DNA from: a virus
Lineage: Duplodnaviria > Heunggongvirae > Uroviricota > Caudoviricetes
DNA: 45,859 bases
Virus record (IMG/VR): IMGVR_UViG_2718218168_000002
Reading direction: 5' to 3' (one strand)
Positions 27,061 through 38,023 of the stretch are shown here, piece after piece. Numbering within the stretch: position 1 is the first letter of the stretch; each line of letters opens with the position of its first letter. The notes under the pieces are model-generated. The model did not search any database. It was given only the letters and a program-made list of their open reading frames with translations, and was not told the origin of the DNA. A program made the position numbers and the translations under genes.

Positions 27061-28281
27061 ATGAAATATTTTTTCAATACCCGGCTGGGGGAAACCCGCT
27101 ATCAGCTGGCTGACGGCTCGTTGCTGTGCAAAGACGTGCCGATAGGACGAACAGGTAAGCAGCTCTATGGTGCTGATGACCTGCCAAAACTGAAACCCGA
27201 TAAGTTCGGTGAAATAGTCGTCACGCGTTCTCCTGAGCAGGTATTCCATCCCGCCACGCTTGCCTCATTCGAAGGAATGAGTATCACGGTGTTGCATCCC
27301 GAGGATGAAAACGGGGATGTGCGGCTGGTGAATCCAGAGAACTGGAAAGAGCTCGCGGTCGGGCATCTTCAGAATGTCCGGCGCGGGACGGGTGTGCAGT
27401 CTGATTTGATGCTGGCTGACCTTATCGTCAAAGACGAAAACGCCATTCAGCTGATCGAAGATGGCCTGCGCGAAGTGTCGTGTGGCTATGACGCGGAATA
27501 TAAGCAGACTGAGCCGGGTAAGGCTGAGCAGGTTGATATTACCGGAAACCATGTGGCTCTTGTCCCTAAAGGCAGAGCCGGAAATCGTTGTGCAATTGGA
27601 GACAGAGACACAATGGCAAATCAAAAGAAAAGCTGGTGGACCCGCATGCGCACGGCCATCAAAACGGGTGACGCTGACACCATGAACGAACTGGTGGAGT
27701 CGGCTCCCGCATCGGTTACAGGAGATGAGGGGGATTTGCCGCAGGGCGTTAATCTCAACATCAACCTGTCCCCGCAGCAACCGCTACCGGACAAAGCACC
27801 AGAGATGGGCGGAGGTCCAACGGGCGACAGTGATGATGACCTCAAAACATTACTGAAAGCCCTGCTGGCTAAGCTGGAAGGAAATGCGACGGGCGATAAC
27901 GACAATAAGCCTGACGATAATCCGACCGGTGACGGCGAGGACGATGAAGAGGAAACCACGATTACTGGTGACTCAGCCTGGCGTGCCGAAGTTATCGTTC
28001 CGGGTATTGATCTGAGCCGTAAGATGAAACCGACCGCGTTCAAACGTGAGGTTCTGGCTTCTGCTGACAAAACGCTGGTTCGCCAGATAGTCGGTGATGC
28101 GGATATCCGCAAATTGCCGAAACAATCAGTCGACATGGCGTTTAATGCCGTGTCTGAGATTGCCAAAGGGCGAAACACCCGCGCCACCACCGGCGATGCA
28201 CAGCGCCCAAATATGGGCATGACCAGTATCGCTTCCCTGAACAAACAAAACGCTGAATTCTGGGCAAACCGTAAAGGGTAA
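27061..28281 (+). CDS. Head scaffold/protease-like protein (DUF2213-like)
   Basis: 406-aa ORF between Mu-F-like and capsid genes; acidic low-complexity central region typical of scaffolds. Confidence 0.5.
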   Translation: MKYFFNTRLGETRYQLADGSLLCKDVPIGRTGKQLYGADDLPKLKPDKFGEIVVTRSPEQVFHPATLASFEGMSITVLHPEDENGDVRLVNPENWKELAVGHLQNVRRGTGVQSDLMLADLIVKDENAIQLIEDGLREVSCGYDAEYKQTEPGKAEQVDITGNHVALVPKGRAGNRCAIGDRDTMANQKKSWWTRMRTAIKTGDADTMNELVESAPASVTGDEGDLPQGVNLNINLSPQQPLPDKAPEMGGGPTGDSDDDLKTLLKALLAKLEGNATGDNDNKPDDNPTGDGEDDEEETTITGDSAWRAEVIVPGIDLSRKMKPTAFKREVLASADKTLVRQIVGDADIRKLPKQSVDMAFNAVSEIAKGRNTRATTGDAQRPNMGMTSIASLNKQNAEFWANRKG

Positions 28282-28284
28282 AAA

Positions 28285-28791
28285 ATGAATAATGTATTTC
28301 TGTACCGGATGCCTGTTGGCATTGCCGGGGCTGTCTCTCGTCCGCAGGACTTAACCGTCGAACCGGTGGTCCTTAAATCCGATAACGCCTTTGCTGCCTA
28401 TGGGCTGGCTGGTAAATACGATGATGACGGTTTTTTCGTGCCGCTGGCAGATGGTGATACCGCAGACAAGGTGAAGGGGATCTATGTGCGCCCTTATCCG
28501 ACCACTTCGCAGCCGGACATGGTTCGCCAGGTGGGGAGTGGCAAGAACTTCCCTGGCGACGCCATGAAGCGTGGCTACGTGACCGTTAATCTCGGTTCTG
28601 ATTTTGATGCCAGCACCATCAAAAAAGGCGACCCGGTATACGTTGTCGTCTCCACTGATGAATCCATCAAAGTGCCGCTGGGTGGATTCATGTCCACGTC
28701 AGTCAGTGGCAAAAATGTGGTGCTGACCAACGCTGAATTCACAGGTGCCGGTGATGCTGACGGCAATGCAGAAATTTCCTGGAAGATTTAA
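28285..28791 (+). CDS. Head structural protein (decoration-like; hypothetical)
   Basis: 168-aa ORF immediately upstream of the major capsid gene; position-based. Confidence 0.4.
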   Translation: MNNVFLYRMPVGIAGAVSRPQDLTVEPVVLKSDNAFAAYGLAGKYDDDGFFVPLADGDTADKVKGIYVRPYPTTSQPDMVRQVGSGKNFPGDAMKRGYVTVNLGSDFDASTIKKGDPVYVVVSTDESIKVPLGGFMSTSVSGKNVVLTNAEFTGAGDADGNAEISWKI

Positions 28792-28802
28792 GGAACAGAC
28801 GA

Positions 28803-29744
28803 ATGATTACTTTTGATCAGGCAACCGTTGACAGCTCTGGTGCCTTTCTCATCGGAGAGCTGGAGCGACTCGACCAGACGCTGAACCTGCCACTGGTGGG
28901 GTACACCTGGACCCGCGATATTCAGTTGCGTGAAGATGTCTCTATCGCAGATGACATTTCCAGCTGGACGAATACCAGCTTCGCCGCTGCGGGTACTGGT
29001 GCAAATCCGAATGGCAAAAACTGGGTAGGCAAAGACTCAACCGCTATTGCTGGCGTAAACGTGGATATCGGCAAATCCGGTAACCCGCTGAACCTGTGGG
29101 GGATGGAACTTGGCTGGACGGTCATAGAATTGCAGGCTGCTCAGCAGGTCGGACGCCCGATCGATACGCAGAAGTATGACGGGATGCAACTGAAATGGCA
29201 GATGGATAACGATGAACAGGTATATGTTGGCGATTCCGCATTAAACCTGAAAGGCCTTGTTACCCTGGACGGCGTGCCTGTCAACAACGCTGCCAAAACG
29301 TGGGCAACCTCAACACCGGACGAAATCCGCGCAAGCATTAACCAGGTGCTGTCTGATGCGTGGGCCGCTTCTGGTTACTCTGTGGTCCCGCGTGATTTGC
29401 TGATCCCGCCTGAGCAGTTTGCTCTGTTGTCCAGCATCATCGTTTCATCTGCGGGTAACCAGTCCCTGTTGACGTACCTTCAGACCAACACCATCAGCTA
29501 TCACCAGAACGGTATTCCGCTGAATATCCGCGCGGTTAAATGGCTGAAAGGCCGTGGTGTGGGGAATAAGGATCGCATGGTTGCGTACACCAACGATAAA
29601 AAATACGTCCGCTACCCGCTGGTTCCGCTTCAGAGCGTGCCGGTGCAGTATCGCGGTCTGTATCAGATCGTCACTTACTACGGCAAGCTGGGTGCAGTCG
29701 AGCCAGTGTACAAAGAAACCATTTCGTACGTTGATGGCATTTAA
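28803..29744 (+). CDS. Major capsid protein (candidate)
   Basis: 313-aa ORF in the head module; size and position fit a major capsid protein of Mu-like heads. Confidence 0.55.
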   Translation: MITFDQATVDSSGAFLIGELERLDQTLNLPLVGYTWTRDIQLREDVSIADDISSWTNTSFAAAGTGANPNGKNWVGKDSTAIAGVNVDIGKSGNPLNLWGMELGWTVIELQAAQQVGRPIDTQKYDGMQLKWQMDNDEQVYVGDSALNLKGLVTLDGVPVNNAAKTWATSTPDEIRASINQVLSDAWAASGYSVVPRDLLIPPEQFALLSSIIVSSAGNQSLLTYLQTNTISYHQNGIPLNIRAVKWLKGRGVGNKDRMVAYTNDKKYVRYPLVPLQSVPVQYRGLYQIVTYYGKLGAVEPVYKETISYVDGI

Positions 29745-29785
29745 CAGCCACATGGCCCCCTGGCGGGGCCATTAAGGATGACCCG

Positions 29786-30007
29786 ATGGCAAAAAATAAT
29801 GCAGTAATACACGTACATACCCCGTTTGTGCTCACGCTTCCCGACGGTTCACGGCGCGAGTTTGTTAAAGGCCGTCATGCTGTGGAGGAAGACGTTGCCA
29901 CGCACTGGTTCACTCGTGCGCACGCGGAAGTATCCGTTGGCAAAGCCACAGACGCGCGTAACGAGGTAAAAAATGCCAAAGAATCAAAGTCTGCCAGCGG
30001 TAAGTGA
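29786..30007 (+). CDS. Small hypothetical protein
   Basis: 73-aa ORF between capsid and head-tail genes. Confidence 0.3.
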   Translation: MAKNNAVIHVHTPFVLTLPDGSRREFVKGRHAVEEDVATHWFTRAHAEVSVGKATDARNEVKNAKESKSASGK

Positions 30008-30380
30008 TTTTCGCCGCGACTTCCCGCAGTTTGCTGACCCTGCCAAATATCCCGAAGCGCAAATCCAGTTTCGTCTGAATCTGGCCGATGAACTGCTGAG
30101 CGAAAACGTCACCGGCAAAAAGTTGTTTCCGTACTTTGCCGGGTTGTTCGTTGCGCACTACATGACGCTCTGGGCGGCAGACAGCCGGGCGATGCTGGCT
30201 GGTGGTTCGGGCGGTTCAACCAATGGTGTTCAGTCCTCAAAGTCCGTGGATAAGGTAAGCGTCAGTTATGACACCAGCGCGACGCTGAATCCTGATGCAG
30301 GTTTCTGGAATAACACCCGATATGGCGCTGAATTTTATCAGTTGATCACGATGTTCGGTGCAGGCGGTCGCCAGCTATGA
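29973..30380 (+). CDS. Head-tail connector region protein (DUF4054-like; hypothetical)
   Basis: 135-aa ORF with GAGGT Shine-Dalgarno; position-based. Confidence 0.4.
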   Translation: MPKNQSLPAVSDFRRDFPQFADPAKYPEAQIQFRLNLADELLSENVTGKKLFPYFAGLFVAHYMTLWAADSRAMLAGGSGGSTNGVQSSKSVDKVSVSYDTSATLNPDAGFWNNTRYGAEFYQLITMFGAGGRQL

Positions 30381-30931
30381 GTTTCAAAAGCGGTGTAACA
30401 ACGAGGGTGGATAACGCTAAGGCCATTCTGGATGCGCTCAGGTCGTTAACCAAAAAAGATGTGCTGGTCGGCATCCCTTCGGAAGACAGCGAGCGGGATG
30501 ATGTTCCGTTTGGTAATGCGGGCATCGGTTACCTCAACGAATACGGCTCACCAGAGCAGAACATCCCGCCACGACCTCACCTGGCCCCCGGCGTTAAATC
30601 GGCAGAAGAGCAGACGGTGCCGCAGCTCAAAGCCGCGGCGCAGGCTGCGCTTGATGGTAATGCGTCGGGTGCGGAAAGAGCGCTCAACCGTGCCGGAACG
30701 CTGGCCGTTAATGGTGTCAGGCGTTACATGACCATTACCGGCTTTACGCCGCTTGCTGACAGTACTGTTGAAGCCCGGGCTCGTCGGGGGCGCAAGGGGG
30801 CAACACTGGAACTTGCCCGGCGTGCTGCTGGCGAATCTCCCGGAACCGATCTGGCGAAACCATTAATTGACACCGGGCAATATCGCAGAGCTATTACCCA
30901 TGTAGTGAGGGATAAAGATGCCGACTCTTGA
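30377..30931 (+). CDS. Hypothetical virion protein
   Basis: 184-aa ORF with an ATGA overlap to the upstream gene. Confidence 0.4.
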   Translation: MSFKSGVTTRVDNAKAILDALRSLTKKDVLVGIPSEDSERDDVPFGNAGIGYLNEYGSPEQNIPPRPHLAPGVKSAEEQTVPQLKAAAQAALDGNASGAERALNRAGTLAVNGVRRYMTITGFTPLADSTVEARARRGRKGATLELARRAAGESPGTDLAKPLIDTGQYRRAITHVVRDKDADS

Positions 30932-31307
30932 TGTAACAGATGTGCTTTTTGACCCCGATTTTTGCGACTTCAATTTGTGGGTAACACGCCGAGTGCAAAC
31001 GGTGGATGAGGACGGGATCGGCAGCGACAGCGAAGTTAAAAAGCAGTTTGCCGGAGTCGTAACTGTTGATCGCTCTCTGGAAAACCGCCGTATGCAGGCA
31101 GGGCAGGTAATCAGCGGTGCAATTCTGATTGTGACGACTGAGCGACTGACGCAGGGACAGACTGGCCGTGATGCCGATATCGTGACGTATCAGGGCCGTG
31201 ATTATCGTGTGACTTTCGTCGACCCATATACAGCGTATGGTGCCGGATTCGTTCAGGCGCATTGTGAGTTGCTGCCGTTTGATGGGGGAATTCCGGTTGA
31301 GCAATAA
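30918..31307 (+). CDS. Hypothetical virion protein
   Basis: 129-aa ORF in the head-tail joining cluster. Confidence 0.4.
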   Translation: MPTLDVTDVLFDPDFCDFNLWVTRRVQTVDEDGIGSDSEVKKQFAGVVTVDRSLENRRMQAGQVISGAILIVTTERLTQGQTGRDADIVTYQGRDYRVTFVDPYTAYGAGFVQAHCELLPFDGGIPVEQ

Positions 31308-31845
31308 CACCAGCACAGAGCGCGGATGGCTGATACCAACCAGTGGCGATCCGGATTATGACGAAGCGCTCGACAGGCTGTTAAGCCAGTGGATGCGTAA
31401 CGTTTCCGGTCTGTCTGCCGGGATGGTTCGCCCGCGCTGGCAGAAAGAGCAGCCGCCACTGCTACCGGTTGAAACGAACTGGTGTGCGTTTGGGGTTATC
31501 GGATGGTCAGGTGATGACAGTCCGGCATTCACCAGACAGACCGATGATGGCTCTCAGCTCTGGCGGCATGAAACGATTGAGTGTATGGCTTCGTTTTATG
31601 GTCCGGCGGGGATGGTGTATGCGTCCCGGTTTCGTGACGGTATATCTGTACCGCAGAACAATGCAGCACTGAATGCGCTGGGGCTGTCTCTTGGCGATTA
31701 CACAGGTCTGACTCCCTTCCCTGAACTTATTAATCAGCAATGGGTCCGCCGCTACGATATGACGGTGCGTCTGCGCCGGAAGGTTGTGCGCGAGTACGGT
31801 ATTAAATCGCTGGTGGAAGCACCAGTCATCTTTTTCGGAGATTAA
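31282..31845 (+). CDS. Hypothetical virion protein (start uncertain)
   Basis: Internal ATG of track ORF 31237..31845; overlaps the upstream gene by 26 nt. Confidence 0.35.
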   Translation: MGEFRLSNNTSTERGWLIPTSGDPDYDEALDRLLSQWMRNVSGLSAGMVRPRWQKEQPPLLPVETNWCAFGVIGWSGDDSPAFTRQTDDGSQLWRHETIECMASFYGPAGMVYASRFRDGISVPQNNAALNALGLSLGDYTGLTPFPELINQQWVRRYDMTVRLRRKVVREYGIKSLVEAPVIFFGD

Positions 31846-31848
31846 GCT

Positions 31849-32994
31849 ATGGCACAGGGCTTGCCTGTATCAAACGTTGTTAATGTTGATGTGATCATGT
31901 CGCCGCGTGCAGCATCAGGGCGAAATTTTGGTGCATTACTCATTCTCGGCCCGTCCACAATCATTCCGGTAAGTGAGCGCATTCGTCGTTATTCTGCCAC
32001 GGAAGATATTGGAAAAGATTTTGGCGTGGAATCACCAGAATATAAAGCTGCGCAGGTGTTTTTCTCACAATCACCGAAACCTCAGGAGGTTTTTGTTGGT
32101 CGTTGGGTGAAAACGAAGGGAGACAGCGAACAGGCCACGACTGAGACGCTGGAGCAGGCTGTGAATGCCATGCTCGATTATACTTCATGGTATGGGCTGG
32201 GGATTGCAGACGATGAAGATATTCCGGATGCAGACTGGCTGAAAGTGGCTGCGGCGATCGAATCCTCTTCTGTAAGCCGTATTCTGGCGATTACGACAAG
32301 CGATGAGAAATGCCTACAGACTGCATCCAGCGATGATTTGGCATCAAAACTGAAAACCGCCGGATATTCACGCAGTTTTATTCAGTATTCATCGGGTAAT
32401 AAATACGCTGCGTTATCTGCATTTGGCCGGGCATTCACGGTTAATTTCAATGGCAGTAATACCGCGATTACGCTCAAGTTTAAGCAGGAGCCGGGTGTCG
32501 GGTATGAAACACTGACAGTCAGCCAGGCATCGGCACTTGATGCAAAAAACTGCAATGTGTTCGTGTACTACCAGAATGATACAGCTATCCTCCAGCAGGG
32601 AGTGATGGCTAACGGCGATTTCTTTGATGAACGCCACGGCCTGGACTGGTTACAGAATTATGTGCAGACCAACCTCTATAACCTGCTTTATACCAGCACC
32701 ACGAAGGTTCCCCAGACTGAAGCCGGTATTACCAGACTGTTATCAAATGTTGAAAAATCACTGGATCAGGCCGTTCAGAATGGACTGATTGCTCCGGGCG
32801 TATGGAACGGGGGCGACCTTGGCCAGTTGTCATCAGGTGACACGCTGCCCAAAGGTTATTACGTATACGCCCAGCCGCTGGATGAACAGGCACAATCAGA
32901 ACGTGAAGCCCGTAAGGCTCCGGTGATTCAGGCTGCAATAAAACTTGCAGGCGCGGTTCATTACGCTGACGTACAGATTAACGTTGTTCGCTAA
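31849..32994 (+). CDS. Tail sheath-like protein (DUF3383-like)
   Basis: 381-aa ORF followed by a tube-like gene, a frameshifted chaperone and the tape measure: the sheath slot of a contractile-tail cluster. Confidence 0.5.
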   Translation: MAQGLPVSNVVNVDVIMSPRAASGRNFGALLILGPSTIIPVSERIRRYSATEDIGKDFGVESPEYKAAQVFFSQSPKPQEVFVGRWVKTKGDSEQATTETLEQAVNAMLDYTSWYGLGIADDEDIPDADWLKVAAAIESSSVSRILAITTSDEKCLQTASSDDLASKLKTAGYSRSFIQYSSGNKYAALSAFGRAFTVNFNGSNTAITLKFKQEPGVGYETLTVSQASALDAKNCNVFVYYQNDTAILQQGVMANGDFFDERHGLDWLQNYVQTNLYNLLYTSTTKVPQTEAGITRLLSNVEKSLDQAVQNGLIAPGVWNGGDLGQLSSGDTLPKGYYVYAQPLDEQAQSEREARKAPVIQAAIKLAGAVHYADVQINVVR

Positions 32995-33004
32995 GGGGAA
33001 GTGA

Positions 33005-33445
33005 ATGTCTACCTATTCTTTTATGGATGTCACTGCGACGCTGACCGGGCCGACCGGTTCGATTGACCTCGGGTACGGTTCTGCAAGTTCTGAAGAGGGG
33101 ATTGTGGTTGCGATGGGCGGTCCTAAAAACACCATGACCATCGGTGCTGATGGCGAAGTGATGCACAGTCTCCATGCAGATAAAAGCGGGACGATTACCG
33201 TTAACCTTCTGAAGACATCACCGACAAATAAAAAATTGTCGCTGGCGTATAACGCACAGAGCCAGTCTTCTGCCACATGGGGGAATAACGTTATTGTGAT
33301 CCGAAACAAGGTCAGCGGCGACATCATCACGGCACGTAGTGTTGCGTTCCAGAAACAACCGGATAATGCCAACGCTAAAACCGGTAATACGATGCCGTGG
33401 GTGTTTGACTGCGGCAAGATTGACCAGGTTCTCGGGGAGTTTTAA
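33005..33445 (+). CDS. Tail tube-like protein (DUF3277-like)
   Basis: 146-aa ORF between the sheath-like and chaperone genes. Confidence 0.5.
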   Translation: MSTYSFMDVTATLTGPTGSIDLGYGSASSEEGIVVAMGGPKNTMTIGADGEVMHSLHADKSGTITVNLLKTSPTNKKLSLAYNAQSQSSATWGNNVIVIRNKVSGDIITARSVAFQKQPDNANAKTGNTMPWVFDCGKIDQVLGEF

Positions 33446-33448
33446 TAC

Positions 33449-33901
33449 ATGGAATTCGAAATCAAAGGCGTGAAATATCGCGCGGCAAAACTCAGCGTTT
33501 TTGATCAGCTGAAAGTGACCCGCAAACTTCTGCCTGTGCTGGCAGGAATGATGTCAGATTTCGGGAGCATTCGCTCCCGTTTGCCTGCTGATGGCAAAAT
33601 CGACACCGTGAAATTCGAGCAGTTAAAACCGGTGTTTGAAACCATGCTCCCGCGTATCGCTGAGGAACTGTCTTCCCTGACCGAAGATGACACCAGTGCG
33701 ATTATTCATCCCTGTCTTGCGGTGGTATCGCGGCGTCATATGGACGGATGGGTTCCGGTATTTACCCAGGGCGAACTGATGTTTGATGATATTGACTTGC
33801 TGGTCATGCTGCATCTGGTGGCGCGGGTGGTCGCCGATTCGCTGGGAAATTTTTTGCCTACACCCCTTACCAGCACGACGCAGAGCCTGCAACAGGGCTG
33901 A
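33449..33901 (+). CDS. Tail assembly chaperone (short form)
   Basis: 150-aa ORF directly upstream of the tape measure gene; slippery heptamer near its 3-prime end with an open -1 frame continuing to 34089. Confidence 0.5.
   Translation: MEFEIKGVKYRAAKLSVFDQLKVTRKLLPVLAGMMSDFGSIRSRLPADGKIDTVKFEQLKPVFETMLPRIAEELSSLTEDDTSAIIHPCLAVVSRRHMDGWVPVFTQGELMFDDIDLLVMLHLVARVVADSLGNFLPTPLTSTTQSLQQG
33850..33856 (+). other. Candidate -1 programmed ribosomal frameshift site (T TTT TTG)
   Basis: Heptamer in X XXY YYZ register relative to the chaperone frame; the -1 frame is open from 33850 to the stop at 34087-34089. Confidence 0.5.
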
Positions 33902-34078
33902 CGTTTAACAGCCTGCCTGACGGGCTGTCTTACCTTCTCAATCCGGTTGACGCCGGGTTAATTCCTTATACAGCACTTAAAGATGGCTCTGTCGATTTGT
34001 ACGACATTGCTCTCTTGAATGACCATCTGGCGGTAAAAGCGGATAACCAGCGGCGCATTGAGAAATGGAGAGAGGATA

Positions 34079-36067
34079 ATGAACGCTGAAACTATTAAAG
34101 ATTTCCTCGTCTCGCTTGGCTTCAGTGTGGATGATGCAGGAGCGAAAAAGTTCGGTTCTGTCCTCGCCGGTACAACTGCAAATGTCATCAAAATGGGACT
34201 GGCCGTTGAAGGAGCTGCGCTGTCCGTGGTGGCCTTCACGGCTAAGATCGCCTCCGGCCTGGATAATCTTTACCGGGCGTCACAGCGCACCGGCGCGACA
34301 GTCCAGGGAATTCAGTCTATTGGCTATGCGGTTTCGCAGGTTGGCGGCAGCGTGGACGCGGCGCGAACCTCTCTGGAAAGCCTCTCCCGGTTTGTTCGTA
34401 ACAATCCCGGCGCGGAAGGCTTCCTGAATCGCCTGGGGGTACAGACACGGGATGCCAGCGGTAACATGCGTGACATGGCCGCTATTTTTACAGGTGTAGG
34501 CCAGAAGCTCAGCGGCATGCCGTATTACCGGGCTAACCAGTATGCGCAGATGCTAGGCATTGACGAAAATACCCTTATGGCGATGCGCCGGGGTGTGGGT
34601 GATTTCTCCGGGCAGTACAGCGCAATGGCGAAAGCTATCGGCTTCAATGCTGACGAGGCGGCCAGAAGCTCCAACAAATTCATGACCTCCCTGCGCGAGT
34701 TCGGCGCGATGGCAGGCATGGCCCGTGACAAAATCGGCTCTAATCTTGCTGGTGGTCTGGCGGGTTCGCTGGACACACTGCGCCGCCACATCCTCGATAA
34801 CTTCCCGCGCATCGAGCAGACCCTGACGAAAGCCATAAAAGGCATTCTGGCGATCGGAGACATCATCGGGCGGCTGTTCTTCAGGCTAATTGAGGGAACA
34901 TCCAGCCTTATCACCTGGTGGCAATCGCTGGATAAGCAAACGCGGGAGCTCATCTCGCTGTTTGGCGCGCTGACGATTGCGCTGCGCATTCTGAACAGTA
35001 CGTTCTGGATGTCGCCGATTGGCCTCATTACCGCGCTGGCGGCGGGGATTGCCCTTCTGTGGGAGGACTATCAGACCTGGAAGGAAGGCGGCGACAGCCT
35101 GATTGACTGGGGCAAGTGGAAGCCGGAGGTCGATGCCGCGCTGAAGATGGTTCGTGACCTGAAAGGGTCTGTTAATGAACTGGCGAAAGCGCTGGCGAAA
35201 CTGCTCAATATTGACCCCAAATCATGGTCCCTGAAGTGGGATTTCAGCAACTTCATCGACCAGATGGGCGAATTCAGCAAAATGCTGAACATGATCGCCG
35301 ACCTGCTCAACGCTATCAAAGATGGCCGCTGGGCTGATGCCGTCATCATCGGCAAACAGATACTTAATCAGGGCAGCGAAAATCCGTCAGCGATGCCGAT
35401 GGTTACAGACAGCGCTAACAGTACTGCCGACTGGATTAAAGAGCACTGGGGATTCGATCCCCGCAGTGTGGGCCGGACGGTACGCGGCTGGTTTGGTGAT
35501 GATGAGCCGGAACAATATGCACAGGCTACGAAACGAGGAGAACGGAATAACAATCCGGGAAACCTTAATTTTGCTGGTCAGGCAGGGGCTTCTCTTGAAC
35601 GCCCGGGCGGGCGATTTGCCAGATTTGAAACTGCTTTTGATGGATTACGGGCTCTTGCTCGTCAGTTAATGCTGTACGCCGGACGGGGAATAAACAGTGT
35701 GGAGAAAATTATCTCTACCTGGGCACCTGCGTCTGATAATAACAACACAACTGCGTATATCAGGGCTGTATCGCAACGACTGGGAGTGGATCCCCGGGCT
35801 GCCCTGAATATGAGCGATCCGCAAACCATGTCAGCATTGATGAGCAGCATTATCCAGCATGAGAATGGAAGAAATATCTATTCTCGAGAGCTGATTAATA
35901 AGGCTGCCGTGGCGGGAATTAGTGGCAAAATGACAGAGGTTAACCAGCAAAATACTTACCACATTTACGGTGGCGGAGATCCGCACGCTGTCGGTAATGA
36001 GGTTGCACGTCGGCAACAGTCTGCAAATGCTCAGGTCATGCGAAGTAATCAGGTGAGGGTGGGTTAG
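34079..36067 (+). CDS. Tail tape measure protein
   Basis: Long ORF after the chaperone; ATG at 34079 preceded by GAGAGAGGA (track ORF uses TTG at 34058); alpha-helical, Ala/Gly-rich N-terminal half. Confidence 0.7.
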   Translation: MNAETIKDFLVSLGFSVDDAGAKKFGSVLAGTTANVIKMGLAVEGAALSVVAFTAKIASGLDNLYRASQRTGATVQGIQSIGYAVSQVGGSVDAARTSLESLSRFVRNNPGAEGFLNRLGVQTRDASGNMRDMAAIFTGVGQKLSGMPYYRANQYAQMLGIDENTLMAMRRGVGDFSGQYSAMAKAIGFNADEAARSSNKFMTSLREFGAMAGMARDKIGSNLAGGLAGSLDTLRRHILDNFPRIEQTLTKAIKGILAIGDIIGRLFFRLIEGTSSLITWWQSLDKQTRELISLFGALTIALRILNSTFWMSPIGLITALAAGIALLWEDYQTWKEGGDSLIDWGKWKPEVDAALKMVRDLKGSVNELAKALAKLLNIDPKSWSLKWDFSNFIDQMGEFSKMLNMIADLLNAIKDGRWADAVIIGKQILNQGSENPSAMPMVTDSANSTADWIKEHWGFDPRSVGRTVRGWFGDDEPEQYAQATKRGERNNNPGNLNFAGQAGASLERPGGRFARFETAFDGLRALARQLMLYAGRGINSVEKIISTWAPASDNNNTTAYIRAVSQRLGVDPRAALNMSDPQTMSALMSSIIQHENGRNIYSRELINKAAVAGISGKMTEVNQQNTYHIYGGGDPHAVGNEVARRQQSANAQVMRSNQVRVG

Positions 36068-36654
36068 TGGATATTCTCTCTACACTTTTTCATCAGCAGA
36101 GCAGAAAAATAGGAATGATTGTTCCCAGTGTTGTTATTTCAGAGAAGCATACAGATATGCTTGAAATAACAGAGCATCCGGTAGAGGTCGGGGCCGCTGT
36201 CGCTGATCATGCCTATAAAAAACCGTCAGAAGTGGTGATGGAGGTTGGTTTCGCCGGTGGCGGCGCATTGCTGGATTTTGCCAGTAATCTGACGGCTACC
36301 AGCCTGCTCGGCCTGAGTCCTCAGCAGACGTATCAGGAGCTACTGGATCTGCAGGAAAGCCGTATCCCCTTCGATGTGGTAACCGGTAAACGGCTGTACA
36401 GCAACATGTTGATCCGGGCGCTGGAAGTGACGACGGACAAGACAACCGAAAACGTCCTGTCCGCCGTCCTCACCCTGAGGGAGGTCATTATCTCCCGGAC
36501 ACAGCAGATTACCGTCGCGGATAAAACCAACATGAAGGAAGGGGCCAGCACGTCGGCGGTACAGAATAGAGGTAACAAAACCACAAAGCCTCCAGATACT
36601 TCACTGCTGAAAAGCATCACGGGTAACGTGGCGTCATTACTGGGAGGCGGCTAA
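36067..36654 (+). CDS. Hypothetical tail protein
   Basis: 195-aa ORF with a GTG start overlapping the tape-measure stop. Confidence 0.4.
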   Translation: MDILSTLFHQQSRKIGMIVPSVVISEKHTDMLEITEHPVEVGAAVADHAYKKPSEVVMEVGFAGGGALLDFASNLTATSLLGLSPQQTYQELLDLQESRIPFDVVTGKRLYSNMLIRALEVTTDKTTENVLSAVLTLREVIISRTQQITVADKTNMKEGASTSAVQNRGNKTTKPPDTSLLKSITGNVASLLGGG

Positions 36655-36956
36655 TGACAATTCAGGAAATTCCGCTGACAGCGGACAACCAGCAGTTCAG
36701 CATCGTCCTGGGTGGTGTCACCTGGCGGATTAGCATCATATGGCGCGATCCTTACTGGATTATGGACCTGCAGAACGACAGAGGAGAGCCGGTAATCTCC
36801 GGTATTCCTCTCGTCACTGGCGCTGATCTGCTGGCGCAGTACGCCTGTATGGGACTTGGTTTTAAGCTGTTGGTGGTCTGCGATGACAACACACAGGATT
36901 ATCCCACGAAAACTGACCTGGGCGGGCGCAGTCATTTGCTGGTATCAACGGAGTAA
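36654..36956 (+). CDS. Hypothetical tail protein
   Basis: 100-aa ORF with a start/stop overlap to the upstream gene. Confidence 0.4.
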   Translation: MTIQEIPLTADNQQFSIVLGGVTWRISIIWRDPYWIMDLQNDRGEPVISGIPLVTGADLLAQYACMGLGFKLLVVCDDNTQDYPTKTDLGGRSHLLVSTE

Positions 36957-36958
36957 GC

Positions 36959-38020
36959 ATGTCACAGAACTGGATGAGACATTTCGAGCTGCAGCTTGTG
37001 GACGGGAACGGTAAGGGAATTGAGCTAAGTGATTTCAAAGTCACCTTTACGATCGACTGGTTCAACATCAGCAGCGCGTCCCGGGTAGGGACTATCAAAA
37101 TTTATAACCTTTCGGCAGATACTGTGAACCGAATTACCGGGCAGGAGTTTTCGAAAGTGCGGCTGATTGCCGGTTACGACGGTATCGCGCCGGAGGTGGC
37201 GGCAAGCGACGTCGGGACTGTGCGTGAAGTTGACGCGGCGGACGTGGGCCAGAGTGATGGCCGCAACTACGGGCTGATTTTCAGCGGAGAAATTCGCTAC
37301 TCGGTCACAGGAAAAGACAGTCCGGTTGATACCTACGTCCTGATTCAGGCAGCAGATACTGATCTGGCATTTGCCACCAGTATAACCTCACAGACGCTGG
37401 CTGCCGGTTACACAGTCGCAGATGTGAACCGTGCGCTGATGAAAGACTTTGAGGCCAAAGGCGCGACCGAAGGACTGACACCTGAAATGCCTGCTACCGT
37501 ATACCCTCGAGGGCGGGTGCTGTTCGGCATGACACGGCATCTTATGGATAACGTGGCCGGACAATGTGGCGCAACATGGCAATTTGTGGACGGTCAGCGC
37601 CAGATGGTGGCGAATAACGAGTATGTTCACGACGCGATTGTGCTCAACAGCGCCACCGGGCTTATCGGCATGCCGCAGCAGACTATCGGTAACGGCGTAA
37701 ACGTCCGCGCTCTTATTAATCCGAACATCCGGGTTAACGGGCTTATTCAGCTGGATCAGGCTTCCGTGTACCGCACCGCGCTGTCGAACAATGATATCGC
37801 GATGGCTGGTGGGCAGATCACCGACCAGAACACAGACGGAAATATCACGCTCAGCGGCACCACAGCACAACCTGCCAGCATCGCAACGGATGGCGTTTAT
37901 ATTGTGCGCGGGATTATGTACACTGGCGATACAAGGGGCCAGGCGTGGTACATGGATATGATGTGCGAAGCGCGTGGCGCGGCGGATCTGTATACGCAAT
38001 CGGCTTTGCAAAGGGGATGA
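36959..38020 (+). CDS. Tail/baseplate hub-like protein (hypothetical)
   Basis: 353-aa ORF between tape-measure-proximal genes and the baseplate cluster; position-based. Confidence 0.45.
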   Translation: MSQNWMRHFELQLVDGNGKGIELSDFKVTFTIDWFNISSASRVGTIKIYNLSADTVNRITGQEFSKVRLIAGYDGIAPEVAASDVGTVREVDAADVGQSDGRNYGLIFSGEIRYSVTGKDSPVDTYVLIQAADTDLAFATSITSQTLAAGYTVADVNRALMKDFEAKGATEGLTPEMPATVYPRGRVLFGMTRHLMDNVAGQCGATWQFVDGQRQMVANNEYVHDAIVLNSATGLIGMPQQTIGNGVNVRALINPNIRVNGLIQLDQASVYRTALSNNDIAMAGGQITDQNTDGNITLSGTTAQPASIATDGVYIVRGIMYTGDTRGQAWYMDMMCEARGAADLYTQSALQRG

Positions 38021-38023
38021 GCA

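Noticed and set aside
27621-28322. 233-aa antisense ORF across the scaffold-like gene and the next gene
   Set aside because: Low-complexity Ser/Pro/Ala-rich translation of the antisense strand of an operon gene; spans a gene boundary.
34525-35028. 167-aa antisense ORF inside the tape measure gene
   Set aside because: Antisense to a long structural gene; no ribosome-binding site or conservation signal.
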